Positions 28,478 through 39,187 of a DNA stretch of 64,000 nt are shown here, piece after piece. Below the pieces are notes generated by a model. The model searched no databases, was not told the DNA's origin, and worked only from the letters and a program-made list of their open reading frames with translations. Made by a program: the position numbers and the translations under genes. Position 1 is the stretch's first letter, and each line of letters begins with the position of its first letter. Source of the stretch: Histomonas meleagridis 2922-C6/04-290x (taxonomy: Eukaryota; Protista; Parabasalia); the NCBI GenBank assembly GCA_020184695.1, contig JAANOX010000075.1, forward strand, positions 176,044-240,043, written 5' to 3'.

Positions 28478-28760
28478 ATTTATTTATCTACATCTTGTGA
28501 TTTTAAAGAATTTTTTAATTTAAAATCTTCTGCAAAAAGATCTTCTTCAACATTTGAAAATAGATATTCCTGTAACAAATGTAATAATGATGAATAATTG
28601 TTGTCTTATCATAAAGATTGGAATAATATTTATAATCTGTCAAATAAATCACAATTATAAAATTAAAATAAATCAAATATGTTACATTTCAACATATAAA
28701 AAATTGGAATTATTCATATAATTGAAGATGATTTTGCTTTGTTATATAAATAGTTAATCT
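28478..28760 (-). pseudogene. Decayed BspA C-terminal relic
   Basis: Minus strand NNSNFLYVEM and TFVTGISI/NVEEDLFAEDFK (one extra T) match the tails of the intact BspA genes (TFTTGISISNIEEDPFADDFK). Confidence 0.6.
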
Positions 28761-28971
28761 CATTTTTGTTTATTGTTTTATTGTGTAATTTGACTTAAGA
28801 CACATAATGATCAAAATAAGGTGATTAAAAACATCAGAGAATGAGTGGATATGATAATTTTATTCGAAATAAGAACAATTAGAATTCAACAAATTGCTTA
28901 ATATCATGTTTGTAAAGTAGTCAATATTTGAGAGGCCAATCAAATGCACTTTTCATCTATCAGATTTATAT

Positions 28972-29922
28972 ATGTCTCTTACAGTACAACAGATTAGGCG
29001 AGTCCAAAATGAAGGAATGTGTCCTTATTGCAAATCTAAATCAATGCGTGAGTCACCAAACTCAGGAGAATATTATTGCGCCAAATGTGGATACATATCA
29101 CCTCATGCCTATATCGATCAGACATCAGAATACCGTCAATTTGCTATTGAACATGGTGTAAAAGATCGCTCACGTTCTTCTTATGCTAATGATGAGGCAG
29201 GTGAAGATTTATTCACATCAGTTTACTATGATGGCACAGATAAGTCTAGAAAAATGGCTCAATTAGCTATGCAAAATTACCGTAATTCAGATCCACAGAA
29301 GATGACACTTAAAAAGCATGTACGAAATATTCGACTCATATGCGAATCTTTAAATCTAGAAAAATCTATCAAAGAAAGCGCTAGCAAAACAATCAAGCAA
29401 GCTTTAGAAAAGGAAATTGCGAAGAAAAAGAAGATAGAGGCCATGGATGCTGCAGCAGTATTTCTTTCATGCGAGGCAAGTGGAAATGCTAAATCAATGG
29501 TTGATATCCTTCAAGCAACAAACAACGTAACCAAGCGTGATTTAGACAAAGCAATACATCAACTTCGCGAATTGTATCAAATCGATGCAAATGGACCAGG
29601 ATGGGAAACAGAGGTCAAGAAGTATATTCCAACTCTCCATCTTTCAAAGGATGTCGAAAACGCTTGTATTGAATTTGGTCAATATATCAGAGAAAATGGC
29701 ATCCTTGAAGGTAAGAAGCGTGCAACTCTTATTGCTGCTATAATTGCGTGCGTAACCCAAAACTCACCAAATCCTGCAGATAAGAGAGACTTGACTGAAA
29801 TATCTACTATTGTTGGGCCAAAACCAGAAACAATAAATTCCACGGCTCAAGAAATCAGTGTGTACAGCACCGCAATGATGGAAAAGCCAAATTATTCGGC
29901 ACTTATGAACAAAAAGGTATAA
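28972..29922 (+). CDS. TFIIB: General transcription factor TFIIB
   Basis: CPYC...YYCAKCG zinc ribbon, DQTSEYRQF B-reader, two cyclin folds. Confidence 0.93.
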   Translation: MSLTVQQIRRVQNEGMCPYCKSKSMRESPNSGEYYCAKCGYISPHAYIDQTSEYRQFAIEHGVKDRSRSSYANDEAGEDLFTSVYYDGTDKSRKMAQLAMQNYRNSDPQKMTLKKHVRNIRLICESLNLEKSIKESASKTIKQALEKEIAKKKKIEAMDAAAVFLSCEASGNAKSMVDILQATNNVTKRDLDKAIHQLRELYQIDANGPGWETEVKKYIPTLHLSKDVENACIEFGQYIRENGILEGKKRATLIAAIIACVTQNSPNPADKRDLTEISTIVGPKPETINSTAQEISVYSTAMMEKPNYSALMNKKV

Positions 29923-30332
29923 AAATATTTGACATCAAAGAAGGCGACCGTTAAAATGTAGATAAAGTTCATAAAATTATATAATTTAGATATAATATTT
30001 TTCATGTAATACCTTTTTTCTGCTCGAGTTGTTTTTTTGTGACTTTTTTTTTTTTTGAATCATAAGTAATTACTGAATATTCAGCCATTGCGCATTTATT
30101 AAATCAAATTCATTTACAAAATCACCATAATATTATTATATAAATATCAATATAATTGTAAAGATTTTAACTTTTAGTGTTTTTCAAGGAGGATTGTTAA
30201 AAATTGATTTAGATTACAAATTTATTCTGGCAAATGGCAGAGACACTCTTACCGAAATTTCAAATTCTATTGTGGGAAAGGAAAACACAGATCATCCTGA
30301 AAACATCAAAAATAATATTTTAAATTAGGGTA

Positions 30333-30557
30333 TTTGCCAAAGTTGAAGAAATTATTTTTATTCTAAATAATGATAACATTGAAGAATCCGTTTCTGTTTT
30401 ATTTGGCAATGATTATCCATATTCTCTTTTGCGCTTTGTATGTGTATTGGTTTATTCATCACTTTGTGCACAAAGTGGACTTCTTTCATATTTGTGGAAA
30501 GAAGATGAAGTAAAAGTAACACAACATTTTTTTTTACGAAATTTTAATGTCTGGTAA
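30333..30557 (+). pseudogene. Truncated fragment of the ankyrin-family N-terminal domain
   Basis: FAKVEEIIFILNNDNIEESVSVLF...VLVYSSL aligns with LDQIIFKLNNDNIEDTINSI...SLIYSYF of locus 1; no in-frame ATG, early stop. Confidence 0.55.
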
Positions 30558-30990
30558 TTTATTCATCAAAAAATATTAACCAAATGATTAAGGCAGTTTG
30601 TAATATTGAAATGCAGCTATCCTAAATTAAAAAGAAATCGTACAGAGGGAAATTTTGAAATGCCATGTTTAATGAAAGAGTAAGAAAAGATTATTTTTAG
30701 CTCAAGAATAATTTTTTAAATTTATATTTAATATAATACTTATAAAAATGTTAATAAATTGTTCTTTAACACAAAACAGAATTTGGAAGTGTATGAACTC
30801 AAAATTATTTTAATATAAATGTAACAATTAAAAACAAAAAGATAAAGAGAAACAAATCGCTTTAAACAAGTTCATAGTTCAATCATCAAAATACTAAATT
30901 AAATCCATAAAATGTGTATCACTTTCACTTAACTATACAATTTTCATCTATATTAGGCTCTGATATAAACATGATACATAATACATATAA

Positions 30991-31947
30991 TTATGACTCA
31001 TTACTTTTTCGATATATTTCAATTGCTAACTTGAGTTTTTCGCTTTCTCGCTTGGCCTTATTATTTGCAAGTCGAATATCTTCGAGTTCTCGCATTCGTT
31101 CTTCCACTTTTCTTTGTATTTGCATTGTTCTCTCTTTGATCATTTTCAGCTTCTTTTCAGTATCAGCACGAATAGCTGCAGCTTCAGCACAATCTGCTTC
31201 GTTTGCAATTTCTTCAATCTTACGATCTGACCATTTACATATTTCTCTTTCGATTTCACGTTGCTTCATCCTTAGAACTTCTGAGTCTTTTTCAAATTGT
31301 ACATAAAGATCCGCCGTCTTTTTCTTTAGGTCAGATTCAAGTTCAACGCGAATTTTCTCAAGTTCAGTTTCATGACGCCGTAGAGTGTCACTTTTTACTT
31401 GCGAAAGTTCTGTTGAACGAAAAATTTCAAGTCGCGAATTAAGTTCTTTCTGGAACTTGATCTCGTAATCGCGATCAATGGTCTCAAGACCACGCCTAAG
31501 TTGATCTTCACTTGATTGCATACGTGTAAATTGCCTTTTTTTACGAATTTGTAATTCAACAGCTTCTAATTTAGAAGAAATGTCATCTGATTCTTTTTGT
31601 ATTGAAGCATTAGATCGAGATTTATAATCTAATAAAAGCTCAGAAATAAGGCCAGGCTGATCATCAATTTGAAGTGATTTTATCATTTCTTTTCGAGACA
31701 TTTGATGTAATTTAGACTCAGCATAAAAAATTGATGCAGAACTTTGAAATCCATTGGATAAAAGAAATTCAAAAATTATGTTGTTTGCAATTTCTGATTC
31801 TTCAGTTATTGGTCTTTTTGTTTCAATTTTTCCATTCGAATTGAGCTGATCACAAATCTCCATCTTAAGTTGTGCTTTTAAACTTGGTATTAAGTTCGTT
31901 TGAGAAATTTCTTCTAAGAGTATTTTCCTTTCTTTGTTAACATCCAT
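30991..31947 (-). CDS. LisH / FOP-OFD1-like centrosomal coiled-coil protein
   Basis: LIPSLKAQLKMEI segment, LisH-like IANNIIFEFLLSNGFQSSASIFYAES, then coiled coil. Confidence 0.65.
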   Translation of the reverse strand: MDVNKERKILLEEISQTNLIPSLKAQLKMEICDQLNSNGKIETKRPITEESEIANNIIFEFLLSNGFQSSASIFYAESKLHQMSRKEMIKSLQIDDQPGLISELLLDYKSRSNASIQKESDDISSKLEAVELQIRKKRQFTRMQSSEDQLRRGLETIDRDYEIKFQKELNSRLEIFRSTELSQVKSDTLRRHETELEKIRVELESDLKKKTADLYVQFEKDSEVLRMKQREIEREICKWSDRKIEEIANEADCAEAAAIRADTEKKLKMIKERTMQIQRKVEERMRELEDIRLANNKAKRESEKLKLAIEIYRKSNES

Positions 31948-32011
31948 TGGAAACTCTGACCGTTAATTTAAATAAACGTCCGCCAAGAGATTTAAACTAC
32001 ATTTTTTTTCC

Positions 32012-32674
32012 ATGGCATCTGTAAATGGTTGGGGTTCAGCTGCTCAGAATTTTGTAAATCCATTTTCTAATGTCACCAAATCCTGGGATACCCCAGCTAA
32101 TGTTGACGTACTATCTGTATTTTCAATAGAAGATTTTTCAGTCAAGTTTCATTTTGGAACAGGGAAATTATTTACAGGCAAAACTAAACCTGATTCTCCC
32201 TTTACAAAAACAACAGTTAATGTACCACTTGTTTTCAATATGCCAAATCAACCTGTTATGCAAGAAAAAGAAGAAGAGACTGATAGTTCATTCAAAATGC
32301 AACTCGTAGAAACAAAAACAGGTGAAGAAGAAGATGAAATTCTCTTCCAAAAGAAAGCTCGTTTATTTGAAGTTCGTATAAATGAAGAAGGTAAAGGAGA
32401 AAATGTTGAAATTGCTTTAGACATACTTCATTTCAACAAATGTAGCGGATTCTACAGGATTGTCATGAGACGAGGTCAAACATATAATTGTTTAAATGCC
32501 CGAGTATTCAAAGAAATGAATCCAAAACAAACAGGAAAGAACAAAAATTTCATACGCTTTTTAATGATTGATGAAGATAAGAAAGCTAAAACGAAACTTA
32601 TTCAACTCGAAACGAAAGAAGATGCAGATGAACTTATGGGATTATGGCAAAAAGCTATAAGTGAAATTAACTAA
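32012..32674 (+). CDS. RanBP1-type Ran-binding domain protein
   Basis: KTGEEEDEILFQKKARLF...YRIVMRR RanBD pattern with a short N-terminal extension. Confidence 0.75.
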   Translation: MASVNGWGSAAQNFVNPFSNVTKSWDTPANVDVLSVFSIEDFSVKFHFGTGKLFTGKTKPDSPFTKTTVNVPLVFNMPNQPVMQEKEEETDSSFKMQLVETKTGEEEDEILFQKKARLFEVRINEEGKGENVEIALDILHFNKCSGFYRIVMRRGQTYNCLNARVFKEMNPKQTGKNKNFIRFLMIDEDKKAKTKLIQLETKEDADELMGLWQKAISEIN

Positions 32675-32900
32675 TGACTTAATAAACTTATTCAACATAA
32701 AAATCATAATTAATGCAATTCAATTGATTTTTTTTAAATTAAATATAGAGAAGAAAAGCATATAAAAGAAAATCTGTTCGCAAAAAATCATTAAAATTTT
32801 CACCATTACTTTAACAAAATGTTGGAATAAGTTCGAAAAATTTCAAGCTAAGGAATTCAGAGACAAATCCGGTTATGCATTCAAATTTGTATCGAACAAT

Positions 32901-33767
32901 TCAATCAGGAACGATGGAAATTATCGAGCCGTTACACTTCAGCTCCTTTAAAATTTTGTCATTATCTTTAAGATGGCAGCAAGGATACATTTGAAGGGTG
33001 AAGGAATTAAGACTCATTCCAGTTAGAGAAGAAACCTTTTTATAAAGTTCACTTACATTAGCGTTCTCTGAGATTTGTAATAAAAATCGTTTCTTGTTTG
33101 TGGTTTGAATCATTAAGCTAATTGAATTTTTTTGTTGTTCATCTTCACTTTCGCCCATTTCACATTCACTATGTGAAGATGAAACAATAAATTCTTGACC
33201 TATATCTATATCATTTATATTTATGTTATTTGGACATGAATTAATGAATGGATGAAGAATATTAGGAATTTCATTTGGTGAATTCAATGAAAATTTTTTC
33301 GGATTATCAGAGCTAGAAGGATCAATAATAAGTATACATGGAACCCTATGTACAGCATATTTATTTTTAACCCATTTTCCATCTTCTTCAGTTAAACTAA
33401 TTTCTAATTTTTCAAATACATGATCAATGGAAGAATCAAGTAATGGGATCTTTAGTGACTCGCTAGATAAGTAAATACACAGTAATTTCCCTTTTTCTTT
33501 GGCAATTGTTAAAGCCTCTAAAAATCTAGAGTTTGATAATGTTACAAGAAAGCTTTCTTTAAAAGGTAGCTCTGTGCTTGTAGGGATTATCTCCTCTTTA
33601 TGTTCATTATTCTGAGTTTCAATAATATCACCAAAATAAAATTGTAATGCTTTTTCAATATCCCAATCTGCACCAATCAAAATATCTGATGCAACCTCTA
33701 TGGGGCAATTAGTAGTATTTACAAATTTTGAGATAAGCTCGTCATGATCCAATTCTTTGCTTCCCAT
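32901..33767 (-). CDS. UBX-family protein (UBA-like, thioredoxin-like UAS, UBX/ubiquitin-like)
   Basis: ISKFVNTTNCPIEVASDILIGADWDIEKALQFYF, YAVHRVPCILIIDP, C-terminal ubiquitin-like segment. Confidence 0.75.
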   Translation of the reverse strand: MGSKELDHDELISKFVNTTNCPIEVASDILIGADWDIEKALQFYFGDIIETQNNEHKEEIIPTSTELPFKESFLVTLSNSRFLEALTIAKEKGKLLCIYLSSESLKIPLLDSSIDHVFEKLEISLTEEDGKWVKNKYAVHRVPCILIIDPSSSDNPKKFSLNSPNEIPNILHPFINSCPNNININDIDIGQEFIVSSSHSECEMGESEDEQQKNSISLMIQTTNKKRFLLQISENANVSELYKKVSSLTGMSLNSFTLQMYPCCHLKDNDKILKELKCNGSIISIVPD

Positions 33768-33844
33768 TTTTTCTGTGAATTTTTTAACACACCAGTGAAT
33801 TTAAGAAACAAGAAAAAATTGATCGAAAAGAATAAATTTTAATC

Positions 33845-34420
33845 TTATGTTAAACTATCAATCTGTTGCTGTATTTTTTCAATTTCTTGATAGAACTTAG
33901 AAAGTCCTTCGTGGTCAAATTGAATTGAAATAGGTTTTTCATTGTTGAGATTTAGATCTAATAACATAACTGGATCACGTGTCACACCAACGTTTTGTTC
34001 TGCTGTTTTGAGGTTAAGTCGCCATGAGGTGCTTTCGAGAGTTGTACCAGATATCGTTCTTTGCTTTAAAGTTTCTATTAAATTGTCACCTTCAGCATCC
34101 CAAACTGCACTAAAACATTCTGCTGTGGATTCGTTTGCTCCACATTGAGAAGCATAAACTTGAGTTTTTTCGGAGTCAAATGAAAAGCATGCTGCTTGCT
34201 GAAGAACATATAAACATGAGGAAAACATAGCATCGAATTCTGTTGGTGTCATTTCAAATTGTTCTAAGAGGATTTGAACTTCATCTTCGGAAAAAGGCGA
34301 TGGATTTTGTGTTTCCAAAGCAATTGCAAGTCTTCGCAGAATTTGTGCAAACTGCCTTGGTTGAATCTTCTCAGGAATTTTTAGCGCCGCTTGAAGTTGT
34401 GAATTTGATTGATCGCTCAT
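33845..34420 (-). CDS. COMM domain protein
   Basis: C-terminal LESTSWRLNL...LLDLNL...IQFDHEGLSKFYQEIEKIQQQIDSL; ATG at 34420. Confidence 0.85.
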   Translation of the reverse strand: MSDQSNSQLQAALKIPEKIQPRQFAQILRRLAIALETQNPSPFSEDEVQILLEQFEMTPTEFDAMFSSCLYVLQQAACFSFDSEKTQVYASQCGANESTAECFSAVWDAEGDNLIETLKQRTISGTTLESTSWRLNLKTAEQNVGVTRDPVMLLDLNLNNEKPISIQFDHEGLSKFYQEIEKIQQQIDSLT

Positions 34421-35027
34421 ATTGTAGAAAACTACTGTCACTTTTCCCTAACCCCAATTAAAGGAGCTGTATATATCAAAAATAAAATTAGTATAAGCAA
34501 ATTATCTATGGTGGCAACTGTTTAATTTTGTTAGATACATATCAAAATGCCATGACTGTGGAGAAATTTTTTTATGAAATGATTTTACTATAACATTTTT
34601 AATGAAAATTCGATGATTCTAACTTTAAAATAAAATGCCTGCATGATAGTTAAAATTTTATATAGGGAAAAAGTTTTCGAAGATTTCATATCTATTTTAA
34701 ATTAATTACTTCTTAAATCAAATGCTCACATATTTTCTAGATAGATCATTAAAATTTTTCTATAAAAGACAGCAAATAATTAAAATGATTAAAAAAAAAA
34801 AGATAATTATCTTTGAAATGTAAGATTTTAGAGAATGGTTAATATTTTTTTATTTAAACCAAAATTATGTATTGGCCAATACATTGGAATAAAAAATTGT
34901 TCTTATTTGTTGATTTCCACCAGAATGATTTTTTTACTTCATCTTTTTTCTCACACTTCAAAGGAAAAACCGCCGACTATCGTATTTAAATTGGCAGTGT
35001 TTGTTTGATTTTGCTCTTGGTCAAGCA

Positions 35028-35591
35028 ATGAAAAAATCGAAAGATAAAGAAGAACAAAAAAAGCAAAAAAAACAAAAAGGTGGCCCGCAAGAAATGACAA
35101 CAAGTAAACCCGGAGGAGCTTACTCTTTTTTAAATACACAGAATCTTCCGAAATATTTTGATCCACGTTTTTCTGAGCAATGTGGTGAGATGGATAAAAT
35201 TGGTTTCGTAAAAAACTATTCTTTCCTTCAACAGAATAGAGAACGAGAAATCAAAGAAATTACAAATGCCATGAAAAATTCTGATAACTCGACAGATCTT
35301 GCTGCTTTGAAACGACAAAGGCAATCACTTGTTGATCAACAAAAAACGTTTGACACAAAAATCAAAGACGTTGAAGAAAGAATCAGATGGCATCGTGATG
35401 AAAAACAAAGGATTCTCGAAGGGAAAAAGCCATTTTGGCTGGATAAGAAAGCAATGAGAGAAATGGCAGAACAAAAGAAGTTTAATCAACTAAAACAAAG
35501 TGGGAAATTGCAAAAATATCTTGCAAAAAAGCGCAAAAAGCAGGCAGCAAAGGACAAAAAGTTTGGCCTTGGTGCAGGTGGCATATTTTAA
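35028..35591 (+). CDS. RRP36: rRNA biogenesis protein RRP36-like
   Basis: GPQEMTTSKP, FDPRFS, YSFL, KKPFWLDKK, LQKYLAKKRKK. Confidence 0.8.
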   Translation: MKKSKDKEEQKKQKKQKGGPQEMTTSKPGGAYSFLNTQNLPKYFDPRFSEQCGEMDKIGFVKNYSFLQQNREREIKEITNAMKNSDNSTDLAALKRQRQSLVDQQKTFDTKIKDVEERIRWHRDEKQRILEGKKPFWLDKKAMREMAEQKKFNQLKQSGKLQKYLAKKRKKQAAKDKKFGLGAGGIF

Positions 35592-35680
35592 TCGTTTTCA
35601 AGAAATTTTAGAGATATACAATAAAATTTCATATTGTTTTTAACATTAAATTATATCTTTCTTCCATTTGCTCAAATGGG

Positions 35681-36217
35681 CTATGTTAATGCAATGATTA
35701 ATGGTAAGAAATAACAAAAATTTGCAAAAATCCAAATAAAAATGTAATCATTAAATGACCAAAATAAGTGGAAGAAAAGAAGAAGCCAAAAGAGGATAAA
35801 AAAGAAGTTTCCAATGTTAAAGCTTTCAATTGAGTTTTTGATACATTGATAAAAATTTTGGATGAAATAATATATTACTCCAAAAAACGAAGATATTTCT
35901 TCAATGGAGTAACGCTTAATCTTTATTTCTCCTTTTTCTGTTAGATTTTCACTCATAATGAAAGAATAAAATACTTGGATTATAGATCTTCTTAAATTTG
36001 TAGCTTGCGTTGTAATAAACAGAGAAAAGATGATGCTAAGCACCACAGAAGATTTTATAAAAAATATTCCGCCTATAATCAAATTCAAAATCAATAACAA
36101 AAAAATAAAATCAAAAGGCCTATTAAATAGAAGCACGTCTTCAAGCCGTTCAATAAAATCGCTTCTTTCGTTTAAATATATGTAAATCTGGTGTGAAAAG
36201 TTGGCTGCATCATCCAT
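35681..36217 (-). CDS. Multi-pass membrane protein, possibly reticulon-like
   Basis: 178 aa with two long hydrophobic regions. Confidence 0.55.
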   Translation of the reverse strand: MDDAANFSHQIYIYLNERSDFIERLEDVLLFNRPFDFIFLLLILNLIIGGIFFIKSSVVLSIIFSLFITTQATNLRRSIIQVFYSFIMSENLTEKGEIKIKRYSIEEISSFFGVIYYFIQNFYQCIKNSIESFNIGNFFFILFWLLLFFHLFWSFNDYIFIWIFANFCYFLPLIIALT

Positions 36218-36262
36218 CCAATTTCAAACAAACATAGTCAATTAGTTGGAAAGTGTCAATAA

Positions 36263-36928
36263 ATGGAAGAAAAAACCATAGTAAAATTATTGAAAATAAT
36301 CAATAAGCTCAAAGAAGATCCCACATATGAAGACTTTGTAAATCTCCTTGATCGAGATTATTTTAAACAATATTATGAAATAATTAAAAAGCCAATGTCA
36401 CTAAATGAAATTATTAAAAAACTTCAAAAACGCAAATATCACTCAATCTCACAAGTTGATGAAGACATATCTTTGATTTACAGTAATTCAAGTAAATTTA
36501 ATGGAAGTGAACATCCGGTTACTGCTTTGGCATATCATCTCAAAGAAAATTACCAAAAAATGAAAAAAGAAGTATTTATCACAATTAGCTCTTTAGTTTC
36601 TGAGTATTGCTCTTTAATAGATCAACTTGATGATAAACTTCGAAATCCACCAAAATCAATTAATTCTAAAGAAATTCAAGTTTTAATTCAGGAAAATATA
36701 ACTAAAGGAAAGGTTCAACATTCAAACATGAAATTACTTCAAGAATCACTTAAATCACTCACAACGCCAGATCAACAATTACAACTTTTGCACATCATAA
36801 AAGAGAATGAACCTGATTATGAAACAGATCTCAACGACATTACTGTTGACATCCAAAAATTGCAACCGGACACTTTAACTGCTCTTTCGAATTATGTTGA
36901 GTCGCAGAGCGGTTCTGCCATGAAATGA
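36263..36928 (+). CDS. Bromodomain protein with C-terminal ET-like region
   Basis: YYEIIKKPMSL, LIYSNSSKFN, C-terminal ITVDIQKLQPDTLTALSNYV. Confidence 0.85.
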   Translation: MEEKTIVKLLKIINKLKEDPTYEDFVNLLDRDYFKQYYEIIKKPMSLNEIIKKLQKRKYHSISQVDEDISLIYSNSSKFNGSEHPVTALAYHLKENYQKMKKEVFITISSLVSEYCSLIDQLDDKLRNPPKSINSKEIQVLIQENITKGKVQHSNMKLLQESLKSLTTPDQQLQLLHIIKENEPDYETDLNDITVDIQKLQPDTLTALSNYVESQSGSAMK

Positions 36929-37349
36929 CGGGGTGCCCCGAAACCGAAACTTTATGTAAATATCTATCATCTTTTTTTTTGAAAAAAATGAGTATTAAAA
37001 AGTTTGGCTATAAGCACTGTTAATGAATGTTTCTAATTTTCCTTTTGTTGATACGTTCAATCCTCGAAATTCGATTTTTTAAATAATTTAACAAATGTAA
37101 ATAATGATTGAAATAAAAGTGGCTTGTATCGCATATGAAAAAACAATAAAGTCAGAAGTGATAGTTTTGTCTATAGAATTATAGGTATTTATACCAATTT
37201 TAACATTAAATGCCTTTGAGACTTATAAATAAACGTTTGTATACAAACAATAACTTAAATATATTCAAGATATTCTATGAGATCACTCATTTTAATATAG
37301 GTTCAAAACATTTTATTATTTGGTCAGCACATTACCAACGACCTGAAAC

Positions 37350-39112
37350 ATGAGCATTCCAAATGAGAGGGAATCACTTCAATTAGCCATAAAAATAATT
37401 ACCAATCTAAATCATGAAAATATTAGTCAGTCAACACTTTCAATAACCAATTTATTTGATAAAAATTATAATTACTCTTTTGATTTTATTATTAGCCAAA
37501 TGATATATTTTTCATTTAATGCTTTTATTAACGATTCTGATACATGTTTAAATTTCATCAAGGAATTAGAAAAAATTGAAGAAGTTAATAAATCCAAAAG
37601 GAAAATATTTGATATATTTGCACAAATAATTTTAAATAAAAATACACAAGAATCATATTATTTAATTAATAAGATGGTTAAAGAAAATTTAATTGAATTA
37701 AATATAATTCAAAATTTGAAAATTCCATATTTTGTCCATTATTTATCAGATGACGAAATTAAAAAAATAATTCAAAAAGAAGAAATTAATAACAACCACG
37801 AAGAACTCCTTAAGAATAATTGGGAACTTCATAAGAAATTAATTAAAGAAGGAGTTAATCCGAATGAAATTGCAAGAATAATTCGAAATGATGAAATAGA
37901 AAAACTTCAAGAAATATCATCACAAACAAAATTCAATTTTAATCAAAAAATTATACCATCACTTTATGAAAGATGTTCATTCATTAACAAATTCCCTATT
38001 TCACTTATTAGTTATGCAGCATTTTTCGGATCAATTCTATGTTTTAAATATTTACTTATGAATGGCGTTAAAGTTTATAAAACAGGTAAATACGCTGTTG
38101 CAGGTGGAAACATTGAAATCATTCATTTATGCGAACAGAATCATTCATCATTTGAAGGTGCATACGAAATTGCAATTCAATTTTATAGAAATGATATCTT
38201 TAAATATCTTTATGAAAACAAATTAGGAAAAATTCGTGATTTAACAAAATTGGGGAAAATGTGCATTTTATATCATAACTATGAAATACTGACATTCTTA
38301 GAAGAAGAAGGTATAAATGTTGACTCATCTTTTATTAGTGAGTCAGCAAAAATTGGAAATATATTTCTTGTAAAGTATTTACTTGAATTTCATTTTATTG
38401 GATGCAGGAAATTCAGGAAATTTCGAACTTGTGAAATATATTTTAGAACTAAATGTAATCGATATCAATGATATTTATTCGTATTGTTTGATGTTTCAAA
38501 ATAATATCTAAAATTTCTCGAAATTTTTTAATACAGCACTTATTTTAGTATCTAAAAATGGTCATACAGAAATAGTTAAATTACTTTTACAGCATAAAGA
38601 AATTGATATTAATAATAAAACTAAAATTTATTATATTAATTTGATATTTCATAATAATATTTGGAAATTATTTCATTTATTTAAAACTTCACTTATGTTT
38701 GCATCTCTTAGTGGCCGTAAAAAAATCGTTAAATTATTACTTCAACATGAAAAAATTAACATAAATGCACAAGATTTTTAATCATATAATTTAATATTTG
38801 AATTAATGTATTAATATTTAAAAAGAAAATTTAGTAATTGTTTTCAATATTTAAAACATCGTTGATTTTTGCAACTGAAAATAGTAATAGAGAAATAGTT
38901 AAATTACTTCTTAAACATAAAGATATTGATATTAATATCAAAGATATTTTTAATGAACAATTAAAAATTATTTAAATGATTTTGGATTTCAAAATAATAT
39001 TCGAAAATTATTCCCCATATTTTGGACAGCCATTACGTATGCAACAGAAAATTCTGATGATGAAATATATGAAATGCTTCATGAAAAACAAGAAACAGTT
39101 AATAAAATGTAA
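37350..39112 (+). CDS. DUF3447-type ankyrin repeat protein with 14 17-nt spacers and one frameshift near 38395 (locus 3)
   Basis: N-terminal domain as in loci 1 and 2. Spacer blocks at 38473-38532, 38626-38685, 38776-38855 and 38946-39025; TAA at 39110-39112. Confidence 0.75.
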
Positions 39113-39187
39113 ATATTCCAAATAAACAAATTTTTACATGTAAATCTTTTTGACTATTTTATGAATTTCGTTTTTTGGGAATAGCAA

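Noticed and set aside
36990-37060. Possible further spacer relic (GGA...ACA GTG CTT ATA)
   Set aside because: The gap is 19 nt rather than 20 and there is no upstream ankyrin context.
38360-38400. Fixing the locus 3 frameshift with two 17-nt spacers
   Set aside because: It would delete the IFLVKYLL helix that is coding in both paralogues; a deletion or assembly error is more plausible.
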